A stretch of 64,000 nt of DNA, from positions 32,001 to 96,000 of the forward strand of contig JAWSUS010000006.1 in NCBI GenBank assembly GCA_033549025.1. The letters are read 5' to 3'. Position 1 is the stretch's first letter. Each line of letters starts with the position of its first letter. The notes under the pieces were generated by a model. It was not told where the DNA came from and ran no database searches. It was given only the letters and a program-made list of their open reading frames with translations. The DNA is from Desulfuromonadales bacterium. Lineage in GTDB: Bacteria; Desulfobacterota; Desulfuromonadia; Desulfuromonadales; SZUA-540. The translations under genes were made by a program, and so were the position numbers. Positions 46,108-55,528 of the stretch are shown here, piece by piece.

Positions 46108-46877
46108 CGGCAGCCAAGGGATCCTGGTTGGAGGCGGAGGGCGTCGGCGTTACACGCTGTGATGCCAAAGGATCGCCCGTAGAAATTCTCAGGGGAATCG
46201 ACATGCGGGCTCAGCCCGGCCGGCTGACTGTGGTCTTCGGCCCTTCCGGCGGCGGAAAATCAACCCTTATAAGGCTCTTGAACAGGCTTGAAGAACCAAC
46301 CGCCGGCAAAATACTTCTCGGTGGAGAAGATGTCATTCGCATGGATCCCATTCGGCTGCGCCGGCGTGTAGGGCTTGTGCCGCAGCGGCCCTTCATGTTT
46401 CCGGGCACTGTACTGGATAATCTGCAACGCCCTTTTCTCTATCGTCGTCAGGCTCCGCCCGCCGTGGATGATTCTGAGATTCTCACGGTTTTGGACGCTT
46501 GCCGCCTTTCCCGCGAGATGCTGACCCAGCCGGCCCGCACGCTGTCCATCGGGCAACAGCAGCGTGTTTCCCTGGCGCGAACGCTCATAACCGATCCGGA
46601 AGTACTGCTGCTCGATGAACCGACCAGCGCGCTCGACCGGCCGACAGGGGACCGCCTGGGGCAGACGCTGAAAGACATCTGCCGGAAGCGCAACCTGACA
46701 CTGGTTCTGGTCAGTCATGACCTGCGCATGGTCGAACACATCGGGGATTACCTTTACTACCTTGACGGTGGCTGTATCCTGGAGGAGGGGAGCGTCGGCG
46801 AGGTCCTGAGCCGTCCCCAGACAGCCTCTCTGCGCCGCTTCCTGGCGGAGCCCTGGGAACGGACAGTGGAGGAGTAG
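46104..46877 (+). CDS. ABC ATPase, FetA/YbbL-like
   Basis: GPSGGGKST, LSIGQQQR, LLLDEPTSALD; ATGA overlap with udg; start at MTAAKG. Confidence 0.85.
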   Translation: MTAAKGSWLEAEGVGVTRCDAKGSPVEILRGIDMRAQPGRLTVVFGPSGGGKSTLIRLLNRLEEPTAGKILLGGEDVIRMDPIRLRRRVGLVPQRPFMFPGTVLDNLQRPFLYRRQAPPAVDDSEILTVLDACRLSREMLTQPARTLSIGQQQRVSLARTLITDPEVLLLDEPTSALDRPTGDRLGQTLKDICRKRNLTLVLVSHDLRMVEHIGDYLYYLDGGCILEEGSVGEVLSRPQTASLRRFLAEPWERTVEE

Positions 46878-46878
46878 G

Positions 46879-47679
46879 ATGGAACAGGCGGAACTGATCG
46901 CTCTCGGCACCCTTGACCTGGTCTGGGCCTACGGCTTGATTCTGTTGACCTTCGGTCTGGCGAGGCTGCAGAAGGTCGGGCAGGAAAAACAGTTCCTCTG
47001 GGCCTCTGTGCGCATGGTGGCCCAACTGTTGGCTATCGGCTATACCCTGCACCTTGTTTTTGCCATCCGCAGCCCTTTACCCGTTCTTCTCATTCTGCTT
47101 GTCATGGCCGGGTTTTCTGTCCAGGTCATGGCCGGGCGCGTCAAAGCCAGGATGCCCGGCTTTTACAAGGTCGTCGGCGTCGCCATCCTTGTTGGCTGTG
47201 GACTCGTCTCTTTCTATTTCTGCCTGGTGGTGGTGGGCTTCACCCCCTGGTACGATCCGCGCTATCTGATTCCCCTGGTCGGGATGATTATCGGCAATTC
47301 CATGAACGGCGCCAGTCTGGCGGCCGAACGACTGCACAGCGAGCTGGCGGAGAGAAGGGACGAGATCGAAACGGCTCTTTGTCTGGGGGCGACGGCACGG
47401 CAGGCCTCTCAGGAGGCCATGCGCAGTGCCTTTCGGGCGGCCTTGATCCCGGCGACCAATACCATGGCCGCCATGGGGATCGTTTCTCTTCCGGGCATGA
47501 TGACCGGCCAGATTCTGTCGGGCACTGAGCCCGTCGTGGCGGTCAAATACCAGATCGCCATCATGTGCGCCATTACCGGTGCCGTGGCCATCACGACTTT
47601 TCTGATTGTACACCGGGGCTATCGTGCCTACTTTTCCCGGGCGCACCAGCTTCTCGATCTTACAGCGCCAAGGTCCTGA
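46879..47679 (+). CDS. fetB: FetB/YbbM-family ABC permease
   Basis: RMVAQL..IGY, YLIPLVGMIIGNSM, GIVSLPGMMTGQIL.G..P..AVKYQI. Confidence 0.88.
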   Translation: MEQAELIALGTLDLVWAYGLILLTFGLARLQKVGQEKQFLWASVRMVAQLLAIGYTLHLVFAIRSPLPVLLILLVMAGFSVQVMAGRVKARMPGFYKVVGVAILVGCGLVSFYFCLVVVGFTPWYDPRYLIPLVGMIIGNSMNGASLAAERLHSELAERRDEIETALCLGATARQASQEAMRSAFRAALIPATNTMAAMGIVSLPGMMTGQILSGTEPVVAVKYQIAIMCAITGAVAITTFLIVHRGYRAYFSRAHQLLDLTAPRS

Positions 47680-47715
47680 CGGGATGACGGGCTGGCCCCT
47701 GCGTGAGCAAATAGA

Positions 47716-49143
47716 TCAGGCGCGGCTCGACTCGGCCGTTCGCGTTTTGTGGTGGGGGTTGTCAAGGCTCAGCCGCTTCATCTTTTCCACCAGGGTCGTG
47801 CGGTTGATCTTCAGCAAGGCTGCGGCCCTGGCCTTGACTCCCTGACCCAACTCCAGCGCTTCCAGAATCATGCCCCGTTCAATATCCGCCAGAACCTGCT
47901 CCATGTTAATCCCCGATTCACTGACTTTGGGGGTCATGAAGGCCGGCCCTGACCTTTTATCCTCGCCACCACCGACGTGCTGAGGCAGATCCCGTCTCTC
48001 GATGCGCTCTCCGTCGGTGAGGGCGACTGTCCTCTCGATGACGTTTTCCATTTCGCGAACATTGCCCGGCCAGTCATAAGCCTCAAGGGCCTGCATGGCT
48101 TCGGAGGAGAGGGCCATGAGTGAACGCTTCATCTCCTTGCAGATTTTCTGCAGAAAGTGCCGTGCCAGCAAGGCGATGTCCTCGCGTCGGTCACGCAGCG
48201 GCGGCAGCAGGATTGGGATGACGTTGAGGCGGTAATAGAGATCCTCTCGGAACAATCCCCTTTTGACCTGCTCCTCCAGATTGGCGTTGGTCGCCGACAC
48301 GACCCGGACGTTGAGTTTGATTTTTTTACTCCCGCCGACCCGTTCGACTTCCTGTTCCTGCAACACCCGCAACAGCTTCATCTGCAGATGCATCGGCATG
48401 GTGCCGATCTCGTCCAGAAAGATCGTCCCGTTGTTGGCGACCTCGAATTTGCCGGGTTTGTCCAGCACCGCCCCGGTAAAAGAACCCCGCACATGGCCAA
48501 AAAGTTCGCTTTCGAGCAGGTCGGCCGGAATCGCCCCACAGTTGATGGCAACAAAGGGCTGCTCCTTGCGGCTGCTGTTGTAGTGGATGGCGCGGGCGAC
48601 GAGTTCCTTGCCTGTCCCCGACTCTCCCAGGATAAGAATTGTTGAATCGGTCTGAACGATTTTTTCCATGCGGGAAAAAACCTGCTGGATGGCCAAGCTG
48701 TTGCCAATGATGTTTTCAAACTTGTATTTGCCGCGCAGTTGCTGACGCAGATACAGGTTTTCAGCGACCAGCTGGCTCTTTTCCAGCGCCTTGGCCACCA
48801 GCACCTTGAGCTTTTCGATATTGAACGGTTTGGTGATGTAGTCGAAGGCCCCTTCTTTCATGGCCTCGACGGCCGTTTCGGCGGAGGCGTTGCCTGTAAT
48901 CAGGATGACATTGGTGTAGGGGGAGTCGGCTTTGACCTTTTTGAGGATGTCGATACCGCTGACGCCCGGGAGAAAAAGATCCGTTATGACGATCTCAAAA
49001 GGTGTGCTCTGCATGATCTGCAGCGCTTCTTCACCGGAATCCGTCGCCTGGACCCGGTAGCCGGCGCTGGTCAGCAGCATGGACAACGCATCCCTGTTGT
49101 TGGCTTCATCGTCGATGATCAAAATCTGTGAAAGGTCGTTCAT
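47716..49143 (-). CDS. Sigma54-dependent response regulator (REC-AAA-Fis HTH)
   Basis: IDDE, TDL, KPF; GESGTGKE, ESELFGH..GSFTGA, FREDLYYRL; NRTTLVEK. Confidence 0.95.
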   Translation of the reverse strand: MNDLSQILIIDDEANNRDALSMLLTSAGYRVQATDSGEEALQIMQSTPFEIVITDLFLPGVSGIDILKKVKADSPYTNVILITGNASAETAVEAMKEGAFDYITKPFNIEKLKVLVAKALEKSQLVAENLYLRQQLRGKYKFENIIGNSLAIQQVFSRMEKIVQTDSTILILGESGTGKELVARAIHYNSSRKEQPFVAINCGAIPADLLESELFGHVRGSFTGAVLDKPGKFEVANNGTIFLDEIGTMPMHLQMKLLRVLQEQEVERVGGSKKIKLNVRVVSATNANLEEQVKRGLFREDLYYRLNVIPILLPPLRDRREDIALLARHFLQKICKEMKRSLMALSSEAMQALEAYDWPGNVREMENVIERTVALTDGERIERRDLPQHVGGGEDKRSGPAFMTPKVSESGINMEQVLADIERGMILEALELGQGVKARAAALLKINRTTLVEKMKRLSLDNPHHKTRTAESSRA

Positions 49144-49260
49144 GGCATCTCCAGAAAGGAGGGAAGGGGCGTCATATCTTTGACGGTTGGTACCTTAGCA
49201 CAGCGCGCATCGGGAGGCAAGCTGCCTTGCCGTGGTCATAAATGGTTCATTGCGCCTGTT

Positions 49261-49289
49261 TTGACAGGCCTAAGGGCCTGGGGTAAGCT
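49261..49289 (+). promoter_or_regulatory. Sigma70 promoter for nfeD-SPFH
   Basis: TTGACA-N17-TAAGCT, 7 nt before ATG 49297; the spacer overlaps CAGGCC-TAAG-GGCCTG. Confidence 0.6.
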
Positions 49290-49296
49290 TTTCAGC

Positions 49297-50673
49297 ATGA
49301 ATCGATATGTGCGAACATGCCTGCTTTTGGTGCTGTTGCTGTTTTCCTGGGTCACGGCGTCGGCTGGAAATGGTGCCGATGGTATCCGCGTTGTGCGCGT
49401 CAACGGGGCGATCACTCCCCCCGTAGCCGATTTTATCGCGACTGAACTCAGCGATGCCAATAAGAGCGCGGAAAAAGCCTTCCTGCTGGAGTTGGACACG
49501 CCGGGCGGCCTTGACACCGCCATGCGGGACATTATCAAGGCGATGCTGGCCTCGCGCATTCCCGTTATTGCTTATGTCTATCCCGCCGGCGCGCGGGCGG
49601 CGTCTGCCGGAGCACTCATTACCCTGGCGGCTGATTTCGCGGTCATGGCCCCCGGTACCAATATCGGTGCCGCTCATCCGGTGGCCGTCGGCGCAGGCGG
49701 CCAGCAGGACACGACCATGATGGACAAGGTCCTTGCCGATGCGGTTGCCTATGCCCGCAGTCTCGCCGAGCAGCGAGGACGGAATGTGGACTGGGCCGAA
49801 CGTATCGTGCGGGAGAGTATTTCCACCTCTGCCTCCGAAGCCTTGCAACTCAAGGTTATCGATATGATCGCCGCCGATGAACAGGAACTGATCGAGGGGC
49901 TTCATGGTCGTCGGTATCTTCGCCAAGGGCAGGCCCTGGTTCTGGATATTGCCGGGGCCGAGTTGAACCTGGCCGAGATGAGCTGGCGGCAGAAAATCCT
50001 GGCGACCATCAGCAACCCCAACGTCGCCTATATGCTCCTGATGCTCGGGATCATGGGGATATTTTTCGAGATCTCCCAACCCGGAGGGATTCTGCCGGGA
50101 GCTCTGGGCGCCATCGCTCTGCTGCTGGCGCTCTTCGCCTTCCAAACCCTGCCGATCAACTATGCCGGCGTTCTGCTGATTCTGCTGGCGATCATTCTTT
50201 TTATTCTGGAAGTAAAAATCGTCTCCTATGGCATGCTTTCCATTGGTGGACTTGTCGCCATGACGCTGGGATCCTTGATGCTCATCGAGAGTTCCGAGCC
50301 CTATCTGCAGATATCCCGGGCCATCATCGCGGCTACCGTGGCTGTTTTCGGCGGATTTTTCCTGCTGGTCCTCTTTTTTGTGGTGCGAACACAGAAAAGC
50401 CGCTTTGTCTCCGGCGCCGAAGGCATGGTGGGGGAACGGGGGCGGGCCGTGACGCCCATCCACGGGGATGGCAAGGTCTTCGTCCACGGAGAATACTGGA
50501 ATGCTTTTTCCAAACAGCCTATCGGCGAGAATCAGGACGTGGTGGTGGTTCGCCTTGAGGGTAATCTTCGCATGGAGGTGGCCCCCTGGCCTGCCAGTGA
50601 ACCTGTGTTTCACCCTGTAGATAGCTCTATTGACCCCGGGCAGGACGTAACGATGAACAAGGAGGATTTATGA
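49297..50673 (+). CDS. nfeD: Long NfeD (ClpP-like protease, TM and OB domains)
   Basis: [31 protein letters not shown]; signal peptide from MNRYVR. Confidence 0.92.
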   Translation: MNRYVRTCLLLVLLLFSWVTASAGNGADGIRVVRVNGAITPPVADFIATELSDANKSAEKAFLLELDTPGGLDTAMRDIIKAMLASRIPVIAYVYPAGARAASAGALITLAADFAVMAPGTNIGAAHPVAVGAGGQQDTTMMDKVLADAVAYARSLAEQRGRNVDWAERIVRESISTSASEALQLKVIDMIAADEQELIEGLHGRRYLRQGQALVLDIAGAELNLAEMSWRQKILATISNPNVAYMLLMLGIMGIFFEISQPGGILPGALGAIALLLALFAFQTLPINYAGVLLILLAIILFILEVKIVSYGMLSIGGLVAMTLGSLMLIESSEPYLQISRAIIAATVAVFGGFFLLVLFFVVRTQKSRFVSGAEGMVGERGRAVTPIHGDGKVFVHGEYWNAFSKQPIGENQDVVVVRLEGNLRMEVAPWPASEPVFHPVDSSIDPGQDVTMNKEDL

Positions 50674-51449
50674 TACCTGTTGGCCTCATCGGTTGGGCGG
50701 TCGTTTTAGGATTGTTGCTGTTTATTATCGTGCAGGCGGTTCAGATTCTCATGGAATATGAACGGGGAGTCGTCTTCCGTCTCGGGCGATTTTCTTCGGT
50801 CAAAGGTCCGGGCCTGCGGTTGATCATTCCCTTTGTCGACCGCCTGGTCAAGATCAGCCTGCGCACGGTAGCCATGGACGTGCCGCCCCAGGATGTCATC
50901 ACCAAGGACAATGTCTCTGTCAAGGTCAACGCGGTTCTCTACTTCCGGGTTCTTTCTCCCGAAAAGGCTTTGATCGAGGTAGAGAACTATCTTTACGCAA
51001 CCAGCCAGTTGGCGCAGACCTCCCTGCGCAGTGTCCTTGGACAGTCCGATCTGGATGACCTGCTTTCGCACCGGGACCGCATCAATCAGGACCTGCAGAA
51101 TATCCTCGACCGGCAAACTGATCCCTGGGGCGTCAAGGTGTCCAATGTCGAGATCAAGCATGTCGATCTGCCGGCGGAGATGCAGCGCGCCATGGCCAGG
51201 CAGGCTGAGGCGGAAAGGGAACGGCGTTCCAAGGTGATCCATGCCGAAGGGGAATTCCAGGCTTCCCAGAAATTGTTTGATGCGGCCAAGGTGATGAGTG
51301 GGGAGCCGACGGCTTTGCAGTTACGTTTTTTGCAGACTCTCACGGAGGTCGCCACCGAGAAGAACTCGACCATCATTTTTCCGGTTCCCATCGACCTCAT
51401 CCAGCCTTTTCTGGATTCCCGCAAGAAGGGGTCTTCCTCTCCAGAGTAA
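50670..51449 (+). CDS. SPFH/stomatin-like (slipin) protein
   Basis: [44 protein letters not shown] overlap with nfeD. Confidence 0.94.
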   Translation: MIPVGLIGWAVVLGLLLFIIVQAVQILMEYERGVVFRLGRFSSVKGPGLRLIIPFVDRLVKISLRTVAMDVPPQDVITKDNVSVKVNAVLYFRVLSPEKALIEVENYLYATSQLAQTSLRSVLGQSDLDDLLSHRDRINQDLQNILDRQTDPWGVKVSNVEIKHVDLPAEMQRAMARQAEAERERRSKVIHAEGEFQASQKLFDAAKVMSGEPTALQLRFLQTLTEVATEKNSTIIFPVPIDLIQPFLDSRKKGSSSPE

Positions 51450-51455
51450 CCCCCT

Positions 51456-51501
51456 TCAAAGCCTCCGGAAGAATCACATTGCCGGAGGTTTTGATTTTTT
51501 T
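51456..51501 (+). terminator. Intrinsic terminator after the SPFH gene
   Basis: TCAAAGCCTCCGG ... CCGGAGGTTTTGA then a T-run. Confidence 0.65.
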
Positions 51502-51764
51502 GGATATGCGAAATATGGGAAGACCTGTGAAATGAGGTTGTTTTGTGCAGTGGAATCAGGGTGTTAAAATATAGAACAATATTTTATATTGACAAGGGTA
51601 TTTGCCATTTGGTTATATGTGCGTCATCGTGTCTGTAGAGGTAAGCGTTTAAATTTACGTAAAAAAAATCATTGTAACTAAATTTTAAGTACGCCTGTAA
51701 GTGTTTTATTTTTGATAAAGACTTTTTTGTGGTTTAAAATTCTTTTTCAGTTGGAGGAGGTTGA

Positions 51765-54700
51765 ATGTCTGTCAAGAAATTCAAAAAAATACTGGCTGCA
51801 AACCGTGGTGAGATTGCCATCCGCATTTTCCGGGCCTGTACAGAGTTGGGAATCAGCACTGTCGCCATTTATTCGGAAGAGGACAAACTATCCCTGCACC
51901 GCTACAAGGCGGACGAAGCCTACCTGATCGGCAAAGGCAAGGGACCCATTGATGCCTATTTGGGAATTGACGAGATTATCGACCTGGCGCGGCGTAAAGA
52001 AGTTGACGCCATTCATCCGGGTTATGGTTTCCTGTCCGAGAATCCTGATTTTGCCGAAGCCTGCGCCCGGGCCGGCATTGCTTTTATCGGCCCCACTCCT
52101 GACATCCAGCGCCGCCTTGGCGACAAGGTTTCGGGCCGGCAGGTAGCCCTGGCCTGCGGTGTCCCCGTTGTGCCTGGCACCGAGAAGCCCATCTCCACGG
52201 AAGAGGAAGCCCTCATTTTCGCTAAATCGTGCGGCTATCCCATCATCGTCAAAGCCTCCGCCGGTGGTGGCGGCCGGGGGATGCGGGTGGTTCGCAATCA
52301 GAAAGAGCTTTTGGAAGGACTCAAATCCGCCGCGTCCGAGGCCAAGGCGGCTTTTGGCAACGCTGCCGTCTTTCTGGAAAAGTACATTGAAAACCCCAAG
52401 CATGTCGAAGTGCAGATTCTGGGCGATTCCCACGGCAATATCGTCCATCTCTATGAGCGCGACTGCTCCATCCAGCGCCGGCACCAGAAGGTTATCGAGA
52501 TGGCGCCGTCCCTCTATCTCACCGAGGAAAAGAGGGCCGAAGTGTGCGGATATGCGATGAAGATCGCCCGCGAGGTGGGCTATGTCAATGCCGGCACCAT
52601 TGAATTTCTGACAGACCAGGAAGGTAACTTTTACTTTATAGAAGTCAATCCCCGCATTCAGGTCGAGCACACGGTGACTGAGATGGTCACCGCGCGCAAC
52701 CTGGTCCAGGCCCAGATTCGTATCGCCGAAGGGCACAAGCTGTCCGATCCGGAGATCAGCATCCAGAGCCAGGACGATATCCAGATGCGCGGCTATGCCA
52801 TTCAGTCCCGCATTACCACGGAGGATCCTCAGAACAATTTTGCTCCCGATTTCGGCACCATCAAGGCGTTCCGCACGGCGGCCGGCTTTGGTGTACGTCT
52901 TGACGCGGCGGCAGGTTATGCCGGCGCTCAAATCACGCCTCACTACGACTCCTTGCTCGTTAAGGTCTCCGCCCACGGTCTGACCTTTGCTGATGCTGCC
53001 CGCACCATGAACCGGGCTTTGCAGGAATTCCGTATCCGCGGAGTGAAGACCAACATCAGTTTTCTGGAAAAAGTCATCACCCATCCGACCTTTTTGGCCG
53101 GCAAGTGCGATACCTCCTTTTTGGACAACCATCCCGAGTTGTTCGTTCTGCCGGCCAAGAAAGACCGCGCCACCAAGATTCTACGCTGCATCGGCAACAC
53201 GGTGGTCAACGGCTATCCCGGTATCAAGGTTCCGCTGCAGTTCAAGGATCTGCGTGAGCCCGAGGTGCCGGATATCCCTTACGGACAGGCCCATCCGCGG
53301 GGCTCGAGGGATATTCTGCTCGACAAGGGACCGGAAGGGCTGGCCGACTGGGCACTGAAGCAGAAGAAACTGCTGCTGACCGATACCACCATGCGGGATG
53401 CTCACCAGTCTCTCATGGCGACGCGCTTCCGCACCTTCGATCTCGACCGGATTGCCGAGGCCACCAGCCACCTGGGCGGTTCGCTGTTCTCCCTGGAAAT
53501 GTGGGGTGGGGCGACCTTCGATGTGTCCATGCGTTTTTTGCGGGAAGACCCCTGGGAGCGCCTCGATCGCCTGCGCAAGAAGGTTCCCAACATTCTGTTT
53601 CAGATGCTGCTGCGCGGCTCCAACGCGGTCGGGTACACCAACTACCCGGACAACGTGGTACAGGAGTTTGTGGCCAAGGCGGCCGAAAGCGGCATCGATA
53701 TCTTCCGGGTTTTTGATTCGCTGAACTGGACCAAAGGAATGAGCGTCGCCATGGATGCCGTGCGCAAGAACGGCGCCGTGTGCGAGGCGGCCATGTGCTA
53801 TACCGGTGACATTACCGACCCCAAGCGGCATAAATACCCCCTGAAGTACTATGTCGATCTGGCCAAAGAGCTTGAAAAGATGGGGGCCCATATTCTGGCC
53901 ATCAAAGATATGGCCGGGCTTCTCAAACCCTTCGCGGCCGAAAAACTGATCAAGGCCTTGAAAAACGAGATCGGTATTCCTATCCACCTGCATACCCACG
54001 ATACTTCGAGTAACGGGGGCGCCATGCTGCTCATGGCGACACAGGCCGGGGTGGATATCGTCGACTGCGCGCTCTCTTCCGTGTCGGGGTTGACGGCACA
54101 GCCCAACCTCAATGCCCTGGTTTCTACTCTTAAAGGGACCATCTGGGATCCGAAGGTCGATGAAGAAGGCCTGCAGAAACTGGCCAACTACTGGGAAACG
54201 GTCAGACCCTACTATGCGCCCTTCGAGTCCGAGCTGCGCAGTGGTACGGCCCAGGTTTACTATCACGAAATTCCCGGCGGGCAGTACTCCAACTACAAGC
54301 CACAGGTCGAAGGACTCGGTCTCGGCCACCGCTGGGAAGAGTGCAAGGAGATGTACCGCAAGGTCAACGACATGTTCGGGGATCTGGTCAAAGTGACGCC
54401 TTCTTCCAAAATTGTCGGCGACATGGCCATGTTCATGGTGCAGAACAACCTGCAGCCTGAAGATGTCTTTGAGCGGGGCGAGGAACTCACCTTCCCGCAG
54501 GGGGTGGTCGATTTCTTCAAGGGGATGATTGGCCAGCCCTACGGTGGTTTTCCTGAGGAGTTGCAGAAGATCATTCTCAAGGAGGAGGCGCCCCTGACCT
54601 GCCGGCCGGGCGAACTGCTGGAACCGGTGGATTTCTCCGCCAAAAAGGCCGAGGTGGAAAAGAAGCTTGGGCATGCCATCAGCGACCGTGAAGTCCTCTC

Positions 54701-55211
54701 CGCTGTCCTTTACCCCGGTGTTTTTGAGGAGTTCGACCGCTACCGCCAGGAGTACAGCGACACCTCGTTCCTGCCCACCCCCGTCTTCTTCTATGGCCTG
54801 GGCGTCGGTGACGAGACCAGCATTGACATCGAACCGGGCAAGACCCTGATCATCAAACTCAATGCCATCGGACGCGTTCAGGAAGATGGCACCCGGTCCA
54901 TCTATTTTGAACTCAATGGCGAGCCCCGGCAGGTCAGCGTCAAGGATCTCTCCATCGAAACCGGCGAGGTCTCCCACAAAAAGGCGGACCCTGACGATCC
55001 CAAACAGGTTGGCGCCCCGATGCCCGGCAAGATTTTCAAGATTCTGGTCAATGTCGGCGACGAGGTGGCGGCCGGAGATACGCTGCTGTCGACGGAGGCC
55101 ATGAAGATGGAAACCAACGTCAAGGCCAAGAAGGATGGCGTGGTGGGCGAGATCCTCTTTAAAGAAGGGGAGCAGGTGCAGCAGGGCGATTTGCTGATTG
55201 TGCTGGAATAA
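51765..55211 (+). CDS. pyc: Pyruvate carboxylase (single chain)
   Basis: ANRGEIA, ERDCSIQRRHQK, RDAHQSL, WGGATFD, IKDMAG, HTHD, EAMKME biotin site. Confidence 0.99.
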   Translation: MSVKKFKKILAANRGEIAIRIFRACTELGISTVAIYSEEDKLSLHRYKADEAYLIGKGKGPIDAYLGIDEIIDLARRKEVDAIHPGYGFLSENPDFAEACARAGIAFIGPTPDIQRRLGDKVSGRQVALACGVPVVPGTEKPISTEEEALIFAKSCGYPIIVKASAGGGGRGMRVVRNQKELLEGLKSAASEAKAAFGNAAVFLEKYIENPKHVEVQILGDSHGNIVHLYERDCSIQRRHQKVIEMAPSLYLTEEKRAEVCGYAMKIAREVGYVNAGTIEFLTDQEGNFYFIEVNPRIQVEHTVTEMVTARNLVQAQIRIAEGHKLSDPEISIQSQDDIQMRGYAIQSRITTEDPQNNFAPDFGTIKAFRTAAGFGVRLDAAAGYAGAQITPHYDSLLVKVSAHGLTFADAARTMNRALQEFRIRGVKTNISFLEKVITHPTFLAGKCDTSFLDNHPELFVLPAKKDRATKILRCIGNTVVNGYPGIKVPLQFKDLREPEVPDIPYGQAHPRGSRDILLDKGPEGLADWALKQKKLLLTDTTMRDAHQSLMATRFRTFDLDRIAEATSHLGGSLFSLEMWGGATFDVSMRFLREDPWERLDRLRKKVPNILFQMLLRGSNAVGYTNYPDNVVQEFVAKAAESGIDIFRVFDSLNWTKGMSVAMDAVRKNGAVCEAAMCYTGDITDPKRHKYPLKYYVDLAKELEKMGAHILAIKDMAGLLKPFAAEKLIKALKNEIGIPIHLHTHDTSSNGGAMLLMATQAGVDIVDCALSSVSGLTAQPNLNALVSTLKGTIWDPKVDEEGLQKLANYWETVRPYYAPFESELRSGTAQVYYHEIPGGQYSNYKPQVEGLGLGHRWEECKEMYRKVNDMFGDLVKVTPSSKIVGDMAMFMVQNNLQPEDVFERGEELTFPQGVVDFFKGMIGQPYGGFPEELQKIILKEEAPLTCRPGELLEPVDFSAKKAEVEKKLGHAISDREVLSAVLYPGVFEEFDRYRQEYSDTSFLPTPVFFYGLGVGDETSIDIEPGKTLIIKLNAIGRVQEDGTRSIYFELNGEPRQVSVKDLSIETGEVSHKKADPDDPKQVGAPMPGKIFKILVNVGDEVAAGDTLLSTEAMKMETNVKAKKDGVVGEILFKEGEQVQQGDLLIVLE

Positions 55212-55228
55212 TCTGCGCCTGTCTCTCA

Positions 55229-55276
55229 AACAAAAAACAGGAGGCGACCTCTCGGGGTCGCCTCCTGTTTTTTGTT
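55229..55276. terminator. Bidirectional terminator between pyc and the RND operon
   Basis: 21-bp stem AACAAAAAACAGGAGGCGACC / GGTCGCCTCCTGTTTTTTGTT. Confidence 0.85.
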
Positions 55277-55314
55277 GCGCAACTTTCTCCAACGTGCAAA
55301 AGAAATCAGCTCCT

Positions 55315-55527
55315 CTAGCCGGAGTTGTCGTCAGACACCGGATTGTCCTCCTCATCTATCTCCTGCCGTTTTTGGCTGAGGGGGTAGATGAAAGCCGTCA
55401 GAGCGATTAAAAAAAAGGCGGTGGCCAGCAACACGCCATAGAGGATCAACGGATCTCGGACGATCCGATTGAAGCCGGGCCCAAAAAGAAAGAGCAACAA
55501 CCCCCCGCATAAAATAACCGCTTTCAT
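55315..55527 (-). CDS. Small hypothetical membrane protein (70 aa) closing the RND operon
   Basis: Two hydrophobic stretches and an acidic tail; TGA-C-ATG junction with the outer membrane factor gene; ends just before the terminator. Confidence 0.55.
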   Translation of the reverse strand: MKAVILCGGLLLFLFGPGFNRIVRDPLILYGVLLATAFFLIALTAFIYPLSQKRQEIDEEDNPVSDDNSG

Positions 55528-55528
55528 G

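Noticed and set aside
46541..46566. ABC signature LSIGQ instead of LSGGQ
   Set aside because: A tolerated variation in this ATPase group; Walker A, Walker B and H-loop are intact.
53181..55355. 724-aa antisense ORF over pyc, and similar ones at 4653-6470, 8016-9350, 41309-42631 and 49270-50613
   Set aside because: They mirror conserved genes on the opposite strand, as expected from GC-rich codon bias, and show no recognisable motifs.
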